From positions 1 to 47,773 of the forward strand of contig VBGJ01000037.1 of the NCBI GenBank assembly GCA_005880445.1: DNA of 47,773 nucleotides, given 5' to 3'. Below are positions 1-8,776 of the stretch, piece by piece; the stretch's first letter is position 1, and the number at the start of each line of letters is the position of its first letter. The position numbers and the translations under genes are program-made. The DNA comes from Chloroflexota bacterium (GTDB taxonomy: Bacteria; Chloroflexota; Dormibacteria; Aeolococcales; Aeolococcaceae). Under the pieces are notes generated by a model. The model was not told where the DNA came from. It worked only from the letters and a program-made list of their open reading frames with translations, and searched no databases.

Positions 1-411
1 GAGATGACCCAGGCCAGGCCCGACATCGAGGCGCGGGGGGCATCGCTCGTCTTCATCGGCAACGGCAGCCCGCGGTCGGCGGGGTGGTTCAACAGGAAGT
101 TCGTGCCGACCGCGACCGTGCTCACCGATCCGGAGCTCGCCTCCTATCGCATCATCGGGGCCCGCTCCGGCGTGCTCAACACCCTCGGGCCTCGCACGTG
201 GGGCGCCGGCGTTCGCGCGTTGCGCGGCGGAGCCCGGCAGTCCTCTGTCCGTGGCCATCCCTTTCAGCAGGGCGGCGTGGTGGTGATGGCGCCTGGCGAC
301 GCAGTCGTTTACTCGTACCTGAGCCGTCGCGCCGGTGATCATCCCCCGGTGGCAGACGTCCTCACGGCGCTGGGTCGCGTCGGCGCGCCGGCGGTCCAGC
401 TCCCTGCGTAA
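1..411 (+). CDS. AhpC/TSA-type peroxiredoxin-like (thioredoxin-fold) protein, 5' end cut by window edge
   Basis: Track ORF 4..411. The frame stays open back to base 1. GASLVFIGNGSP...FNRKF...TDPELASY...HPFQQGGVVVM resembles the C-terminal two-thirds of AhpC/TSA-like redox proteins. Recognition by eye only. Confidence 0.5.
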   Translation, partial: EMTQARPDIEARGASLVFIGNGSPRSAGWFNRKFVPTATVLTDPELASYRIIGARSGVLNTLGPRTWGAGVRALRGGARQSSVRGHPFQQGGVVVMAPGDAVVYSYLSRRAGDHPPVADVLTALGRVGAPAVQLPA

Positions 412-430
412 GCGTCACGCGGGTCTCTTG

Positions 431-940
431 ATGCAGTTCGGGCGATATTTCGAAGAGTTCGAAGTCGGTGCGACGTACAGGCACTGGCCCGGCAAGACCA
501 TCACCGAATACGACGATCATCTCTTCTGTCTGATCACGATGAACCACCATCCGCTGCATACCGACGCGCACTATGCCGAGACGCAGACGCAGTTCGGGCG
601 CAACGTCGTGGTCGGCAACCTCATCTACAGCCTGGCGCTCGGCATGAGCGTTGCCGACATCAGCGGCAAGGCGATCGCCAACCTCGAGGTGGAGTCGCTC
701 AAGCACGAAAACCCCACGTTTCACGGGGACACGATCTACGCGGAGACGACCGTGCTCGACAAGCACGAGTCGTCGAGCAAGCCGGACCGAGGTGTCGTCA
801 CGGTGGAAACGCGTGCACTCAATCAGCGCGGTGAGCGCGTGTGCGTCTTCCGGCGCCGCGTGCTGGTGCCCAAGCGCTCCGCCGGCGAGCTGCAGCCGGC
901 AGATCTGTCGCCGGACGCTGCGCCGGAACCGGCAGCCTGA
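431..940 (+). CDS. MaoC-family (R)-specific enoyl-CoA hydratase/dehydratase
   Basis: Inside track ORF 335..940. The internal ATG at 431 gives MQFGRYFEEFEVGATYRH...ITMNHHPLHTDAHYA...FHGDTIYAETTVLD, a typical hot-dog fold MaoC dehydratase. The upstream 32 codons overlap the previous gene and are Arg/Ser-rich. Confidence 0.8.
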   Translation: MQFGRYFEEFEVGATYRHWPGKTITEYDDHLFCLITMNHHPLHTDAHYAETQTQFGRNVVVGNLIYSLALGMSVADISGKAIANLEVESLKHENPTFHGDTIYAETTVLDKHESSSKPDRGVVTVETRALNQRGERVCVFRRRVLVPKRSAGELQPADLSPDAAPEPAA

Positions 941-952
941 GTCCCGCCTGAC

Positions 953-2191
953 ATGGTCGCGGCTGCGGTGCGAGCCGCGGCACGGTTCAATGTCCGGCCG
1001 CTGCTCCCGGGGCCGGAAGATGCACTGCGCGACACTGTGGTTCGCCTCGGTGTGGCGGCGCAGCGGCTGCCGGTGCTGGCGGACCACGCGGTCGTAGAAG
1101 CGCTCGCGCTCGAAGGGCTGCCGTCCGACCTCACCCAGCTGCTCCACCAGGTTGTGCGCGAGCGCGGCGGGGAAGTGCTCAGCAGCGCCGACGGGACGCG
1201 AGCGGTGGTGATGGCGTCGCTGAGCCTGGCCGGCGCGTTGGGAGGGCTCCTCGAAGCTCACGGCGGAGACGCGGCCGAGCTCGGCGGGGCCATCGGGAAC
1301 ACGCTGGTCGCCCGCGGGGCGCCGCCTGCGCCACTCGTCGCGCGCGGCCACCGCCTCGAGTTCGGCCGCCGCACGCTGGTCATGGGCATCCTCAATGTCA
1401 CGCCGGACTCGTTCTCCGGGGACGGGCTCTCCGGCGACGTCAGGGCCGCGTGCCGCATCGCCTCCGAGATGGCGGAGAACGGCGCCGACATCATCGATGT
1501 GGGCGGCGAGAGCACGCGGCCGAATTCCGCGGCGGTGTCCGCGGGTGAGGAGCGCAGTCGCGTGCTGCCGGTGATCGAGGCTCTGGCGCGCTCGCTCCCA
1601 CTGCCCATCAGCGTCGACACGCGCAAGGCGGAGGTGGCGCGCGCTGCCCTCGATGCAGGTGCTGCGATCGTCAACGATGTGTGGGGGCTGCGCGGGGACC
1701 CCGAGATGGCGCCGGTCGTCGCTGCGAGCGACGACGTCGGTGTGATCGTGATGCACAACCAGCGCGGCGTCGAGTACTCGGACCTCATGCGTGATGTTGC
1801 GTTTGCGCTTCGACAGAGTCTCGTCGTCGCAGCCGACGCCGGCATCGATCCAGCGCGAGTTGTCATCGATCCTGGTTTCGGCTTCGCAAAGACACCGGCA
1901 CACAACCTGGAGCTGACCCGACGGCTCGGCGAGCTGCGTGGCATCGGTCGAGCGATTCTCGTCGGCCCGTCGCGCAAGTCGACCATCGGACTGCTCACCG
2001 GCGGTGCCGGCGCCGCGCAACGACTCGAAGGAAGCCTCGTGCTGGCGGCACTTGCGATCGCGGGAGGCGCGGACATCGTGCGCGTGCACGACGTCGCAGA
2101 AACGGTGCGCGCGGTGCGCGTCGCAGACGCCGTGGTGCGCGGCACGCCCGACTCGGTGCGCGACCTCCCCGCCCCCGGGCCGACCGGCTGA
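953..2191 (+). CDS. folP: dihydropteroate synthase with an N-terminal extension of about 140 aa
   Basis: The C-terminal 270 aa carry the DHPS signature: VMGILNVTPDSFSGDG, GADIIDVGGESTRP, SVDT, VNDVWG, DPGFGFAKT, GPSRKS, IVRVHDV. The TGA stop at 2189-2191 lies just before the folK start. Confidence 0.85.
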   Translation: MVAAAVRAAARFNVRPLLPGPEDALRDTVVRLGVAAQRLPVLADHAVVEALALEGLPSDLTQLLHQVVRERGGEVLSSADGTRAVVMASLSLAGALGGLLEAHGGDAAELGGAIGNTLVARGAPPAPLVARGHRLEFGRRTLVMGILNVTPDSFSGDGLSGDVRAACRIASEMAENGADIIDVGGESTRPNSAAVSAGEERSRVLPVIEALARSLPLPISVDTRKAEVARAALDAGAAIVNDVWGLRGDPEMAPVVAASDDVGVIVMHNQRGVEYSDLMRDVAFALRQSLVVAADAGIDPARVVIDPGFGFAKTPAHNLELTRRLGELRGIGRAILVGPSRKSTIGLLTGGAGAAQRLEGSLVLAALAIAGGADIVRVHDVAETVRAVRVADAVVRGTPDSVRDLPAPGPTG

Positions 2192-2194
2192 CCC

Positions 2195-2674
2195 GTGACG
2201 CGCGGTGGTGCCGAACCGGATGACGCGACCGACGTCGCGTGGATCGCGCTGGGCAGCAACGTCGGCCACCGCGGCGCCGCGCTGGCGCGTCTGCGAGAAG
2301 CGCTACAACGCGACGGAGTCGTGATCGAGGCGGCGTCATCCGAGATTCTCACTCGCCCGGTTGGCGTCACACGCCAGGCTGACTTCCACAACCAGGTCAT
2401 CCGGTTGCGAAGCTCGGAGGCGCTGTCACCACTGCGCTGGCTTGAGCTTTGCAAAGCAGCAGAGGCCGCGGCCGGGCGCAAGGGAACGTACCGGTGGGGG
2501 CCGCGCGTCGCCGATGCGGACATTCTGCTGCTCGGTGAGCAAGGCGAGATCACGGTGAACGAGCCCGACCTCATCGTGCCTCACCCGCGGTTGCGAGAAC
2601 GCCCTTTTCTCTTGAGGTTGCTCGCTGAGATCGGGCTGGGCAGCGGCGGCGCCGCACCCGGAGCGAGGACATAA
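2195..2674 (+). CDS. folK: 2-amino-4-hydroxy-6-hydroxymethyldihydropteridine pyrophosphokinase
   Basis: GTG start 3 nt after the folP stop. Motifs AWIALGSNVG, F.NQV, WGPRVADADILL, L.VPHPRL.ER.F are typical HPPK. Confidence 0.85.
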   Translation: MTRGGAEPDDATDVAWIALGSNVGHRGAALARLREALQRDGVVIEAASSEILTRPVGVTRQADFHNQVIRLRSSEALSPLRWLELCKAAEAAAGRKGTYRWGPRVADADILLLGEQGEITVNEPDLIVPHPRLRERPFLLRLLAEIGLGSGGAAPGART

Positions 2675-2726
2675 CGGAGCCGAGCCGGACTGTCGTCGGA
2701 GCAGAGGGCGAGGCGAGTGAAGCGGC

Positions 2727-2743
2727 GGGCGGCAGCGCCGCCC
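2727..2743. terminator. GC hairpin between convergent folK and the 2791..3444 gene
   Basis: GGGCGGC-AGC-GCCGCCC, a 7-bp stem with a 3-nt loop, in the 116-bp convergent spacer. No U-tract on either strand. Confidence 0.3.
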
Positions 2744-2790
2744 GACCGCGAGTCCGAGCGAAGCGGTGCGGCGTCGCCGCTACGCGGTCT

Positions 2791-3444
2791 CTAGATCGGC
2801 AGACGATCCGCGAGCTGCGGCACGAGTTTGAGCGCGCTGTCGATCTGACTTGCGATCCCGGAGAGATCCGGCTTTTTCTCGAAATCGAGGAACCAGGAGT
2901 GCTCGGCGGTGAACTTCTCGACCAGCGTCGTCGCACCGAGCACCGCGATGCCGACGTGCACGCTCGGGCGGTCCTCGTCGGTGAACGCCTTGCCGATCAA
3001 CGTCTGGACCGTGTCGATCCACGTCGACACCTCTTCCATCTCGTGCAGCTCGTAGCCGCCGTCACCGAGGATGAACTCGGCCTCGACGTCGACAAACGGT
3101 TGCGGCGTGAGCTGCTGGTGCGGACAGTCCTGCGCCTCCTCGTCATCGTGGTAGAGCTCGCAGTCGGCGCCGGGGCCGTACGCGGAGATGAACGTGAGCA
3201 GCGCATCCCACGTGAAGCTGAGGTGCACGTGGTACCGCGGCGGCGGGTCGCCGGCGAGGCGGATGGTGCACTCGAAGCGGCGCTCGCCCAGGCCCGGCTC
3301 GACATGGTGGCGGACGTCCTCGATGCTCAGCCCGGCCCTGTCGATCGCCTCGAGCAGGTCCGAGGCGAACTCCTCGTAGGAAGGAAACGGAGGGCTGCCT
3401 GCGACCGGCTCGGGACTCGGCTGGCCGCTGGAGGGCACCGCCAC
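2791..3444 (-). CDS. hypothetical acidic protein (217 aa)
   Basis: Track ORF. It starts 3 nt after the stop of the upstream small membrane-protein ORF, so the two look co-transcribed. No family recognised. Confidence 0.6.
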   Translation of the reverse strand: MAVPSSGQPSPEPVAGSPPFPSYEEFASDLLEAIDRAGLSIEDVRHHVEPGLGERRFECTIRLAGDPPPRYHVHLSFTWDALLTFISAYGPGADCELYHDDEEAQDCPHQQLTPQPFVDVEAEFILGDGGYELHEMEEVSTWIDTVQTLIGKAFTDEDRPSVHVGIAVLGATTLVEKFTAEHSWFLDFEKKPDLSGIASQIDSALKLVPQLADRLPI

Positions 3445-3446
3445 CG

Positions 3447-3716
3447 TCAGCGCCCGGCCCGGAGCTGCCGCACTTGCCGCACGCCGAGGCGGAGCAGGTT
3501 GACCAGTAGCAGCAGCGAGAACGCGAGTGCGATGGCGACGACGAGCGGCAGCTCCACCGCGGGGGTCGAGTACGTGTAGACGGCGAGGATCGCCGCCACG
3601 AAGAGTCCGAGGGCGATCAGCGCGAGCGTGAACACGGTGAAGGCCGCCACCGGGTCCGGTTCGGGCGGCGTTCTGGGCAGCGGCTCGCGCGGCCTCAGCA
3701 TTGGGGGCGTGGCCAC
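3447..3716 (-). CDS. small membrane protein (89 aa, two predicted TM helices)
   Basis: Track ORF. Two hydrophobic stretches, FTVFTLALIALGLFVAAILAV and LPLVVAIALAFSLLLLVNLL. It lies 29 nt downstream of the response-regulator stop. Confidence 0.55.
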   Translation of the reverse strand: MATPPMLRPREPLPRTPPEPDPVAAFTVFTLALIALGLFVAAILAVYTYSTPAVELPLVVAIALAFSLLLLVNLLRLGVRQVRQLRAGR

Positions 3717-3745
3717 GCGACCAGTCTACTTGGCGTCGCTGCGAC

Positions 3746-4459
3746 CTAGGCCTTGACCCCGGCGAACCGGTACCCGATGCCCGGCACCGCCAGGATGTAT
3801 CGCGGCTGCGCCGGGTCGGGTTCGATCTTCCGTCGCAGGTTGCGCACGTGCACGTCGATCACCCGCGTCTCGATGGGATGCTCGTAGCCCCACACCGAGC
3901 TGAGGATGCGCTCACGCGACAGGACTTTCCCGGCATTGGTGGCAAGGTAGGCGAGCAGGTCGAACTCCGTGTGGGTGAGGATCACGTCCTCGTTGTCGCG
4001 CGTGACGCGCCGCTCCGCCGTGTCGATGACCAGATCCCGAAAGACGAGCCTGCCGTCCGGGGTGCGCGAGTCGGTGCGCGCCTCCTTCGCCTTGCGCAGA
4101 TGCGCGGCGATGCGCGCGAGCAGCTCTCGCGGCCGAAAGGGCTTGTTGATGTAGTCGTCGGCCCCGATCTCGAGCCCCAGGACGACATCGATCTCCTCGT
4201 TCTTGGCACTCAGGATGACGACGGGCATCCGATGCCCCGCGTGCCGGATCTCACGGCACACGTCGAAGCCAGAGAGATCCGGGAGCATCAGGTCCAGCAG
4301 GACGATGTCGGGATGGAAACGATTGATTCCGTCTAGGACGTCCGCGCCTCGCTCCGCTTCCTGGACCACATAGCCTTCGCTCTCGCAGGTGAGGCGCACG
4401 GCTTTGCGGATGAGCGTGTCGTCGTCGACGACGAGCACCCTCACCTGTTGAGCGTCCAC
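3746..4459 (-). CDS. OmpR/PhoB-family DNA-binding response regulator
   Basis: Receiver motifs (VLVVDDD, DIVLLDLMLPD, SAK..., KPF) plus a winged-helix C-terminus (LTHTEFDLLAYL, VWGY, RVIDVHVRNLRRKIE, GIGYRF). Confidence 0.9.
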   Translation of the reverse strand: MDAQQVRVLVVDDDTLIRKAVRLTCESEGYVVQEAERGADVLDGINRFHPDIVLLDLMLPDLSGFDVCREIRHAGHRMPVVILSAKNEEIDVVLGLEIGADDYINKPFRPRELLARIAAHLRKAKEARTDSRTPDGRLVFRDLVIDTAERRVTRDNEDVILTHTEFDLLAYLATNAGKVLSRERILSSVWGYEHPIETRVIDVHVRNLRRKIEPDPAQPRYILAVPGIGYRFAGVKA

Positions 4460-4603
4460 GTCTTGACCTCGGGTTGTACCTCGCAGCGATTATGCGATTG
4501 CGTTCGCCACGGTGGCCGGGTTGCTACTATACGGGCCGAATTCCCCCCGGCCGGATGGTGATCGATCCGGTCACGAATTGTCACGCAGGTACGTGTTCTC
4601 ATA

Positions 4604-5851
4604 GTGCAGACACAGGGCTCCCTCACCGACGGCGGTCTCGGCGCGTTGTTGCAGACCATGCAAGCCGAGAGGGCTACGGGCACCCTGGCTATCGAGAGCG
4701 GCAACGACACCTGCTCGCTCTACTTTCTGTTCGGTCACCTGTTCCACGCAAGCGGTCCCCGCGGTCAGGGCGAGGATGTCGTGGTCGACGCCCTGGGATG
4801 GGATGCGGGCAGCTACCAGTTCGATCCGCGGGCCAAGCTTCCGGCCGAGGAGACGATCAAATCGTCGCCGGCCGAGCTGATCGCCTCGGCACAGGGCCGA
4901 CCGGGCGTCGCCGCAGGTGGATGGCCCGAGCCCAGCACCGCGGAACCCGCAATCGTCGGTGAGCCGCACATCACGCCTGAGGAGCCGACGTACACGCCGT
5001 ACGTGCCACCGGAGCCGTCGTACTTCCCCGAGCCGCAGCCGTCAGCCGCCGAATCGGGGCTCGCCTCCTGGGAGGCGGCGCAGGAGGAGGTGGTGGCAAC
5101 CGCGCCGGAACCGGTGCCGTACGAGGCGCCCGCGCCGCCGGCGTTCACCCCAGCTCCTACTCCGGTGCCGGTCGCCGCGTCCGAACCCGCCGTACGCGCT
5201 CCGTATGGGTCTCGCGAGGCGGCCGCGGAGGTGGTGGTGTATCCGCTGCCTTCCGGGCGTGCCCACTACGAAGGGCTGAAGAGCGCGTTCGTCGACTTTC
5301 CGCGTCTCCTGCGAACGCTCCGGAGCGACCGCCACACCGGCTACGTGCGGCTTTCCGGCTCGGGCTACAGCGGCTTCATCCTGCTCCATGAAGGCATGCC
5401 ACTGGAAGCCGTGTGCAGCAACGGCGCGGCTGTCCAGGGAGAAGAGTCGTTTCTCCAGATCCGCCGGCACATGGACAGCGGAGACGGTGTCCTCGACGTC
5501 ATCGAGCTGAACGGGGACACGGTGCAAGCGCTCGCTCGGTTGTTCACCGGTCCCCCGATCTTCACCGGGCTACTGGGTAGGTTCGTCAACCTGGAGGCGC
5601 TGCTCGAATATCTCTCTGAGGAGCAGCTCGACGGCTCGGTCATCGTCAACGGGGCCAGCGAAGTCGGGGTGATCCTCATGCAGCAAGGCGCCGTCCTGGG
5701 TGCGTACACCGAATCACAACCCACCTGGGACAAAGCGACGACCGCGGTGGCAGCGCTCGCAGCCGAGCGGACCTCAAGGATCGAGGTGAAGGGCGGCGCC
5801 AGTCGCGTCGCCCCCATCGACGTCGACGCCGCGCTCGCCCGTCCGTACTGA
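4604..5851 (+). CDS. DUF4388 (PATAN-like) domain protein with a Pro-rich linker
   Basis: The N-terminus GSLTDGGLGALLQTMQAERATGTLAIESG...LYFLFGHLFHA fits DUF4388. A long P/E/A-rich linker follows, then a second similar module (HTGYVRLSGSGYSGFILLHEGMPLEAV). Confidence 0.65.
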   Translation: MQTQGSLTDGGLGALLQTMQAERATGTLAIESGNDTCSLYFLFGHLFHASGPRGQGEDVVVDALGWDAGSYQFDPRAKLPAEETIKSSPAELIASAQGRPGVAAGGWPEPSTAEPAIVGEPHITPEEPTYTPYVPPEPSYFPEPQPSAAESGLASWEAAQEEVVATAPEPVPYEAPAPPAFTPAPTPVPVAASEPAVRAPYGSREAAAEVVVYPLPSGRAHYEGLKSAFVDFPRLLRTLRSDRHTGYVRLSGSGYSGFILLHEGMPLEAVCSNGAAVQGEESFLQIRRHMDSGDGVLDVIELNGDTVQALARLFTGPPIFTGLLGRFVNLEALLEYLSEEQLDGSVIVNGASEVGVILMQQGAVLGAYTESQPTWDKATTAVAALAAERTSRIEVKGGASRVAPIDVDAALARPY

Positions 5852-5861
5852 GACGCCCCGC

Positions 5862-7604
5862 CTGCGCCGCACCGCCTGGCTTCTGCCCGCGCTGCTCTGC
5901 CTGTCCCTGACCGGCTGCTTCGACAGCCCGCCGCAGATCATCGCCCTCGATCCGAACCGCGGAACCATCGGTGTCGCGGCGGATGCGCCGATCGTCGTGC
6001 AGTTCGACCGAGCCGTGGTTCCGGGGTCGGTCTCGGGCCGGTTCACCGTCTCTCCGTCGATTCCGAACTGCGACGTCTCCACGGCATTCACGGCGCCCGC
6101 CGACGCACCCTGCCGCATCCGCTGGCTCAGCGGAAACTCCGAGTTCGTGCTGCAGCACCCCGGCGCCATCCTGCTGCCCGACCAGCAGTACACGTTCACG
6201 CTGCGGGGCGGCTTCCGCGACCCGGTCGGCGCGGTGAACACCGTCGACCACAGCTGGTTCCTGACCACAGCAGGCGCCCCGATGGTACGCGCGGTCAATC
6301 CCGCCGATGGCTCGGCCGGTGTTCCCGTCGACTCTCCGCTCACCATCGATTTCAACAGCGGTATGGCCGCTGCGACAACCGAGCCCGCGATCCATCTCGA
6401 CCCTCCGGTGCCGGGCACGCGCGTCATCCCCAACACCAAGGACCACAGCCGTTTCATGGTGCTCCCCGGTCATTTGTTGATCTCGGGGATCCCCTACCGC
6501 CTCTCCGTCGACCGCACGGCGACCGACCTCCACGGGCAGGCGCTCGCCGCCGGGGTGTCCGCCTCGTTCACGACCGGCGGGCTATCGCCCGGCGGTCACG
6601 GGGTCGTGCTCGCCGCCGCCAATCCCCAGGGCGCCACCGAGATCATCGTCACGTCGCTCTCCGCCGTCGAAGACGGGCTCCCGATCGCCACCGAGACGGC
6701 GCTGGCGGCGCCATCCTGCGCAGTCCATTCCGGGTGCGGCATCGCCGCCGCTGGAGCACCGCTCTACACCTACACATCCGCGATCCTCTCGCCTGACCAC
6801 CGCTGGCTGGCCGTGGTCGAGCAGGATCAAACCGTGCCCGGCGCTCCCTCGACGCTGGTGGTGCTCGATGCCGCCGCGGGCGCCATCCGAACGGCGATCA
6901 GCGGGGCGGCGCTGCCGTCATGGTCGCCGGGCGGCTCGCTCCTCGCGTACCAGCAGGGAAGCTCGGTCCGGATCTACCGCCCTGCCGACGGTCGGACGAC
7001 GCAGCTGCCCGACGGCGATGCACTGGTCGCGCCCCCGGCGTGGGGCCCGGCGAGCGAGCTCCTGGTGTTGAACAGCATGACCTCGTCGGGCAGCGCGTCA
7101 GAACCGCACGTGGAGCTCGCCGATACGCTGGTCGGGGCGCGCTACGCGCTTCCCGGCGTCAGCGGCCCGGCGACCGCCCCGGTCGTGTCGCCGGACGGCA
7201 CCCTGGTGGCCTTGTATCGCACCGGCACGTCGCGGGGTACATGGCTCGCCGGCGTGGGTGCGAGCTCTGCCCCGCCGCGGCGGCTCGATCCCAACCTCAC
7301 CCCGCTCGGCTTCACCGATCCGGGGACCCTCGTCGCCCTCGCGGCGCCGCCGGGCGGCAACCCGGCAATCGTGCGCGTCAGCATCTCCGGTGACGAACAG
7401 ATCGCGCTCCCAGGAATACCCGGAGCGCCTTCCGCGCCGGTGGTCGTGGTCTCGCCGTCCGGCCGGCAGCTCGCATACCTGGCTCGAGCGCCGAGTGGGA
7501 GGGTGAACGCATACGTGGAGAACGCCGACGGCAGCAACCCCACCGCGCTCACGGCCTTCACGAGCGGCACCTTCGACGCCGTGAGCGTCACGCTGACAGG
7601 GTGA
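5862..7604 (+). CDS. lipoprotein with an Ig-like (SbsA/Big_5-type) domain and TolB-like PD40 beta-propeller repeats; probable CTG start
   Basis: Track ORF 5997..7604, but the frame is open from 5790. It encodes (L/M)RRTAWLLPALLCLSLTGC, a textbook lipoprotein signal with a lipobox, upstream of the track start. No ATG/GTG/TTG exists there. PD40-like repeats: LSPDHRWLAVV, WSPGGSLLAY, VSPDGTLVALY, VSPSGRQLAYL. Confidence 0.7.
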   Translation: MRRTAWLLPALLCLSLTGCFDSPPQIIALDPNRGTIGVAADAPIVVQFDRAVVPGSVSGRFTVSPSIPNCDVSTAFTAPADAPCRIRWLSGNSEFVLQHPGAILLPDQQYTFTLRGGFRDPVGAVNTVDHSWFLTTAGAPMVRAVNPADGSAGVPVDSPLTIDFNSGMAAATTEPAIHLDPPVPGTRVIPNTKDHSRFMVLPGHLLISGIPYRLSVDRTATDLHGQALAAGVSASFTTGGLSPGGHGVVLAAANPQGATEIIVTSLSAVEDGLPIATETALAAPSCAVHSGCGIAAAGAPLYTYTSAILSPDHRWLAVVEQDQTVPGAPSTLVVLDAAAGAIRTAISGAALPSWSPGGSLLAYQQGSSVRIYRPADGRTTQLPDGDALVAPPAWGPASELLVLNSMTSSGSASEPHVELADTLVGARYALPGVSGPATAPVVSPDGTLVALYRTGTSRGTWLAGVGASSAPPRRLDPNLTPLGFTDPGTLVALAAPPGGNPAIVRVSISGDEQIALPGIPGAPSAPVVVVSPSGRQLAYLARAPSGRVNAYVENADGSNPTALTAFTSGTFDAVSVTLTG

Positions 7605-8776
7605 CGCGGCTTCTCTTCCTCATCGCGGACACCGGCGGCGGGCACCGCGCCGCTGCGACCGCGGTCGCGCGCCATCTCGAGACCACCGAGCCGGGCCGCT
7701 ACGCCATCACCATCCTCGACCCCTTCGCAGACGCGGGTCCGCGCGTGGTCAGGCGCACGGCAGATCTCTACGGACCGCTGACCCGGCACGCGCGATGGGC
7801 GTGGGGTGCCCTGTATCACGCGACGAACTCGCGCGCCGCCGTCGCGGTCCTGAGCGCGTCGGCTCTCCGCGTGGTCGACCGCGCCGTCAAACGCGCCGTG
7901 CAGGACGCGCGGCCCGACGCGGTGGTGTCCTTTCACCCACTGCTCAACCACGGAGCGGTGCGAGCGGTTCGCAGCGCGTCGCCGGGCGTTCCGGTGATCA
8001 CGGTGATCACGGATCTCGTCGACGTGCACGCGTCGTGGGCCTGCGCTGACGTCGACGCGATCGTCGTGCCCTCCCCGGGTGGCCTCGACCGATGCCGCCG
8101 TGCGGGCATCCCAGCCGATCGCTGCCACGACATCGGGCTTGCCGTCGATCCGGCGTTCACAGCGCCGCTTCCGACGCTTGCCGAGCGCGCCGAGCTGCGC
8201 ACGCGCCTTGGCCTGTATCCGGATCGGTTCGTGGTGCTCGTGTGCGGCGGAGCGGATGGCTCGGGCGGGATCCCCCGCCACGCGGCCGCCCTTGCAGCGT
8301 CAGGTCTCGACGTCGAGCTCGCTGTGATCTGCGGGCGCAACCGGCGCGCACTCCACCGGCTGCGCAACCTGATCGACCGCGACGGACATCCCGTCGCGAT
8401 GCACGGATTCGTCACCAACATGGCCGACTGGATGCGCGCGGCCGACGTCGTCGCGACCAAGGCCGGTCCGGGCACCCTCGCGGAAGCCCTCTGCTGCGGC
8501 GTCCCCGTCCTGCTCACCTCGTACCTGCCCGGCCAGGAGCGTGGCAACGTCGAGTGGGTGATCGACGCCGGCCTGGGGCGCTACGTGCCGCGCACGGCGC
8601 AGCTGGTGGACGCGGTCGCGGAGCTCGCGGCGCCCGCGTCGCCTGGGCTCGCCCGCATGCGAGCCGCCGTCCGTCAAGCCGCCCGACCCGACGCCACGGC
8701 CCGCATCGCCGAGCTCGTGCGGTCCATGGCGCGAACAGCAACCGAGCAGCGTCCCTTGACCACGGCTCGCGCATGA
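7601..8776 (+). CDS. GT28-family glycosyltransferase (MGDG synthase / UgtP-like diacylglycerol glycosyltransferase)
   Basis: N-terminus LFLIADTGGGHRAAATAV is typical of the MGDG-synthase domain. The C-terminal GT-B half has KAGPGTLAEAL..G.P. GTGA overlap with the previous gene. Confidence 0.75.
   Translation: MTRLLFLIADTGGGHRAAATAVARHLETTEPGRYAITILDPFADAGPRVVRRTADLYGPLTRHARWAWGALYHATNSRAAVAVLSASALRVVDRAVKRAVQDARPDAVVSFHPLLNHGAVRAVRSASPGVPVITVITDLVDVHASWACADVDAIVVPSPGGLDRCRRAGIPADRCHDIGLAVDPAFTAPLPTLAERAELRTRLGLYPDRFVVLVCGGADGSGGIPRHAAALAASGLDVELAVICGRNRRALHRLRNLIDRDGHPVAMHGFVTNMADWMRAADVVATKAGPGTLAEALCCGVPVLLTSYLPGQERGNVEWVIDAGLGRYVPRTAQLVDAVAELAAPASPGLARMRAAVRQAARPDATARIAELVRSMARTATEQRPLTTARA

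Noticed and set aside
362-2269. 635-aa ORF on the minus strand spanning the MaoC, folP and folK region
   Set aside because: It is antisense to three genes with clear family signatures. Its product is Arg/Ala/Gly-rich and low-complexity. This is a typical shadow ORF in high-GC DNA.
8092-8772. Upstream extension of the recF ORF (612-aa version)
   Set aside because: It overlaps the GT28 gene in another frame and is Arg/Pro-rich. The RecF N-terminus (LRLFRFRNY, Walker A) begins right after the ATG at 8773, which forms an ATGA overlap.
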